Below are positions 63,037-64,000 of a stretch of DNA of 64,000 bases, in pieces (within the stretch, counting starts at the first letter, position 1; each line of letters starts with the position of its first letter). The translations under genes were made by a program, and so were the position numbers. The notes under the pieces were generated by a model. It saw only the letters and a list, made by a program, of their open reading frames with translations, was not told where the DNA came from and searched no databases. The DNA is taken from the NCBI GenBank assembly GCA_963761305.1, contig CAVXGK010000002.1:1088001-1152000 (forward strand), written 5' to 3'. This DNA is from an uncultured Gemmatimonadaceae bacterium (lineage in GTDB: Bacteria > Gemmatimonadota > Gemmatimonadetes > Gemmatimonadales > Gemmatimonadaceae).

Positions 63037-64000
63037 ATGCGAGTAGCAGCCCTGTTTGTTGCAAGTGGCCTATTCCTCACGACGGCGAGCGCCGCTCGCT
63101 CGCAGCAACCGAATCGCCCCGACTCGACGACTCGCCTCGTCGATCGCGTCTTCGATGCGTGGCGCGACACCGAGGGACCCGGCTGCGCGCTCGGCGTCAG
63201 CCGCAACGGCCACGTCGTCCACGAACACGGCTACGGCATGGCCAACCTGGAGACGGCCACGCCGATCAGACCCGGCACGATCTTCCACGTCGCCTCCGTC
63301 TCGAAGCAGTTCACCGCGATGTCGATCATGCTGCTCGCGGCGGACGGCAAACTCTCCGTCGACGACGACATTCGAAAATACATCCCGGAGATCCCGAACT
63401 ACGGTACGACGATCACCATTCGCCACCTCCTGACTCACACGAGCGGACTTCGTGACCAATGGGCGCTGCTGGCCTTGAAACGCGGCCGTTTCGAGGAGGA
63501 TCGCATCACCGAGGCGGACGTGATGGACATCGTCCCGCGCCAAAAAGCGCTCAACTTCACCCCCGGCGCCGAATATTTGTACAGCAACACAGGCTTCACG
63601 CTGCTCGGCGTCATCGTGAAGCGGGTGAGTGGCAAGCCGCTCCGCGATTTCGCCGACGAGCGCATCTTCAGACCGCTCGGCATGACAAGCACGCATTTCC
63701 ACGACGACTACACCATGCTCGTCCGCGGACGAGCGTCGGCATACGAACCGGTGGGTAACGGCTGGCGCGTCGGCATTCCGAACTTCGACGTCTATGGCGC
63801 GACCAGCCTGTTCACCACGGTCGGCGACCTGCTCAAGTGGGAAGCGAACTTCGATGCGCCGGTCGTCGGCACCCGCGCGATCATCGATCAGATGCAGACG
63901 CGAGCGCATCTCACCAACGGCGACTCCGTGAACTACGGCTTCGGTCTCTCGGTTGCGACGTATCGCGGCGTGCGCGAGATCGGGCACAACGGCGCTGACG
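63037..64000 (+). CDS. Secreted serine hydrolase, beta-lactamase (class C-like) family; runs off the window
   Basis: Hand translation: GGAGG RBS, signal peptide, PGCALGV, FHVASVSKQFT (SxxK), HLLTHTSG, YSNTG. Confidence 0.92.
   Translation, partial: MRVAALFVASGLFLTTASAARSQQPNRPDSTTRLVDRVFDAWRDTEGPGCALGVSRNGHVVHEHGYGMANLETATPIRPGTIFHVASVSKQFTAMSIMLLAADGKLSVDDDIRKYIPEIPNYGTTITIRHLLTHTSGLRDQWALLALKRGRFEEDRITEADVMDIVPRQKALNFTPGAEYLYSNTGFTLLGVIVKRVSGKPLRDFADERIFRPLGMTSTHFHDDYTMLVRGRASAYEPVGNGWRVGIPNFDVYGATSLFTTVGDLLKWEANFDAPVVGTRAIIDQMQTRAHLTNGDSVNYGFGLSVATYRGVREIGHNGAD

Noticed and set aside
63037..64000. Antibiotic-resistance beta-lactamase
   Set aside because: The motifs show only the broad serine hydrolase family; no resistance function can be inferred

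Overview
High-GC bacterial chromosomal window. The gene content suggests Gemmatimonadota (inference): six Hanks-type Ser/Thr kinase genes, four ECF sigma factor genes, a duplicated orphan ABC permease, carboxypeptidase-regulatory-like/plug proteins and many lipoproteins. It holds about 45 CDS or fragments and one tRNA-Ser(GGA). No intact mobile element, cas gene or reverse transcriptase was seen. Several long genes are split by single-base indels, probably partly from assembly error. Most notable: (1) an ECF sigma and a divergent helical protein separated by a 44-bp inverted repeat that looks like back-to-back twin promoters, followed by about 600 bp of 21-nt-periodic heptad-coding leader; (2) a second 21-bp array at about 42 kb with synonymous variation in a His/Cys heptad frame; (3) a lower-GC islet with a secreted 8-Cys peptide, DsbA, an orphan OmpR-type wHTH and a PRTase-like protein; (4) two unrelated lipoprotein genes between the same conserved upstream (putative ECF promoter) and downstream flanks; (5) an ECF partner that keeps the kinase-associated N-terminal module but lacks the kinase domain; (6) four translationally coupled kinases with different sensor domains; (7) integration relics next to tRNA-Ser.
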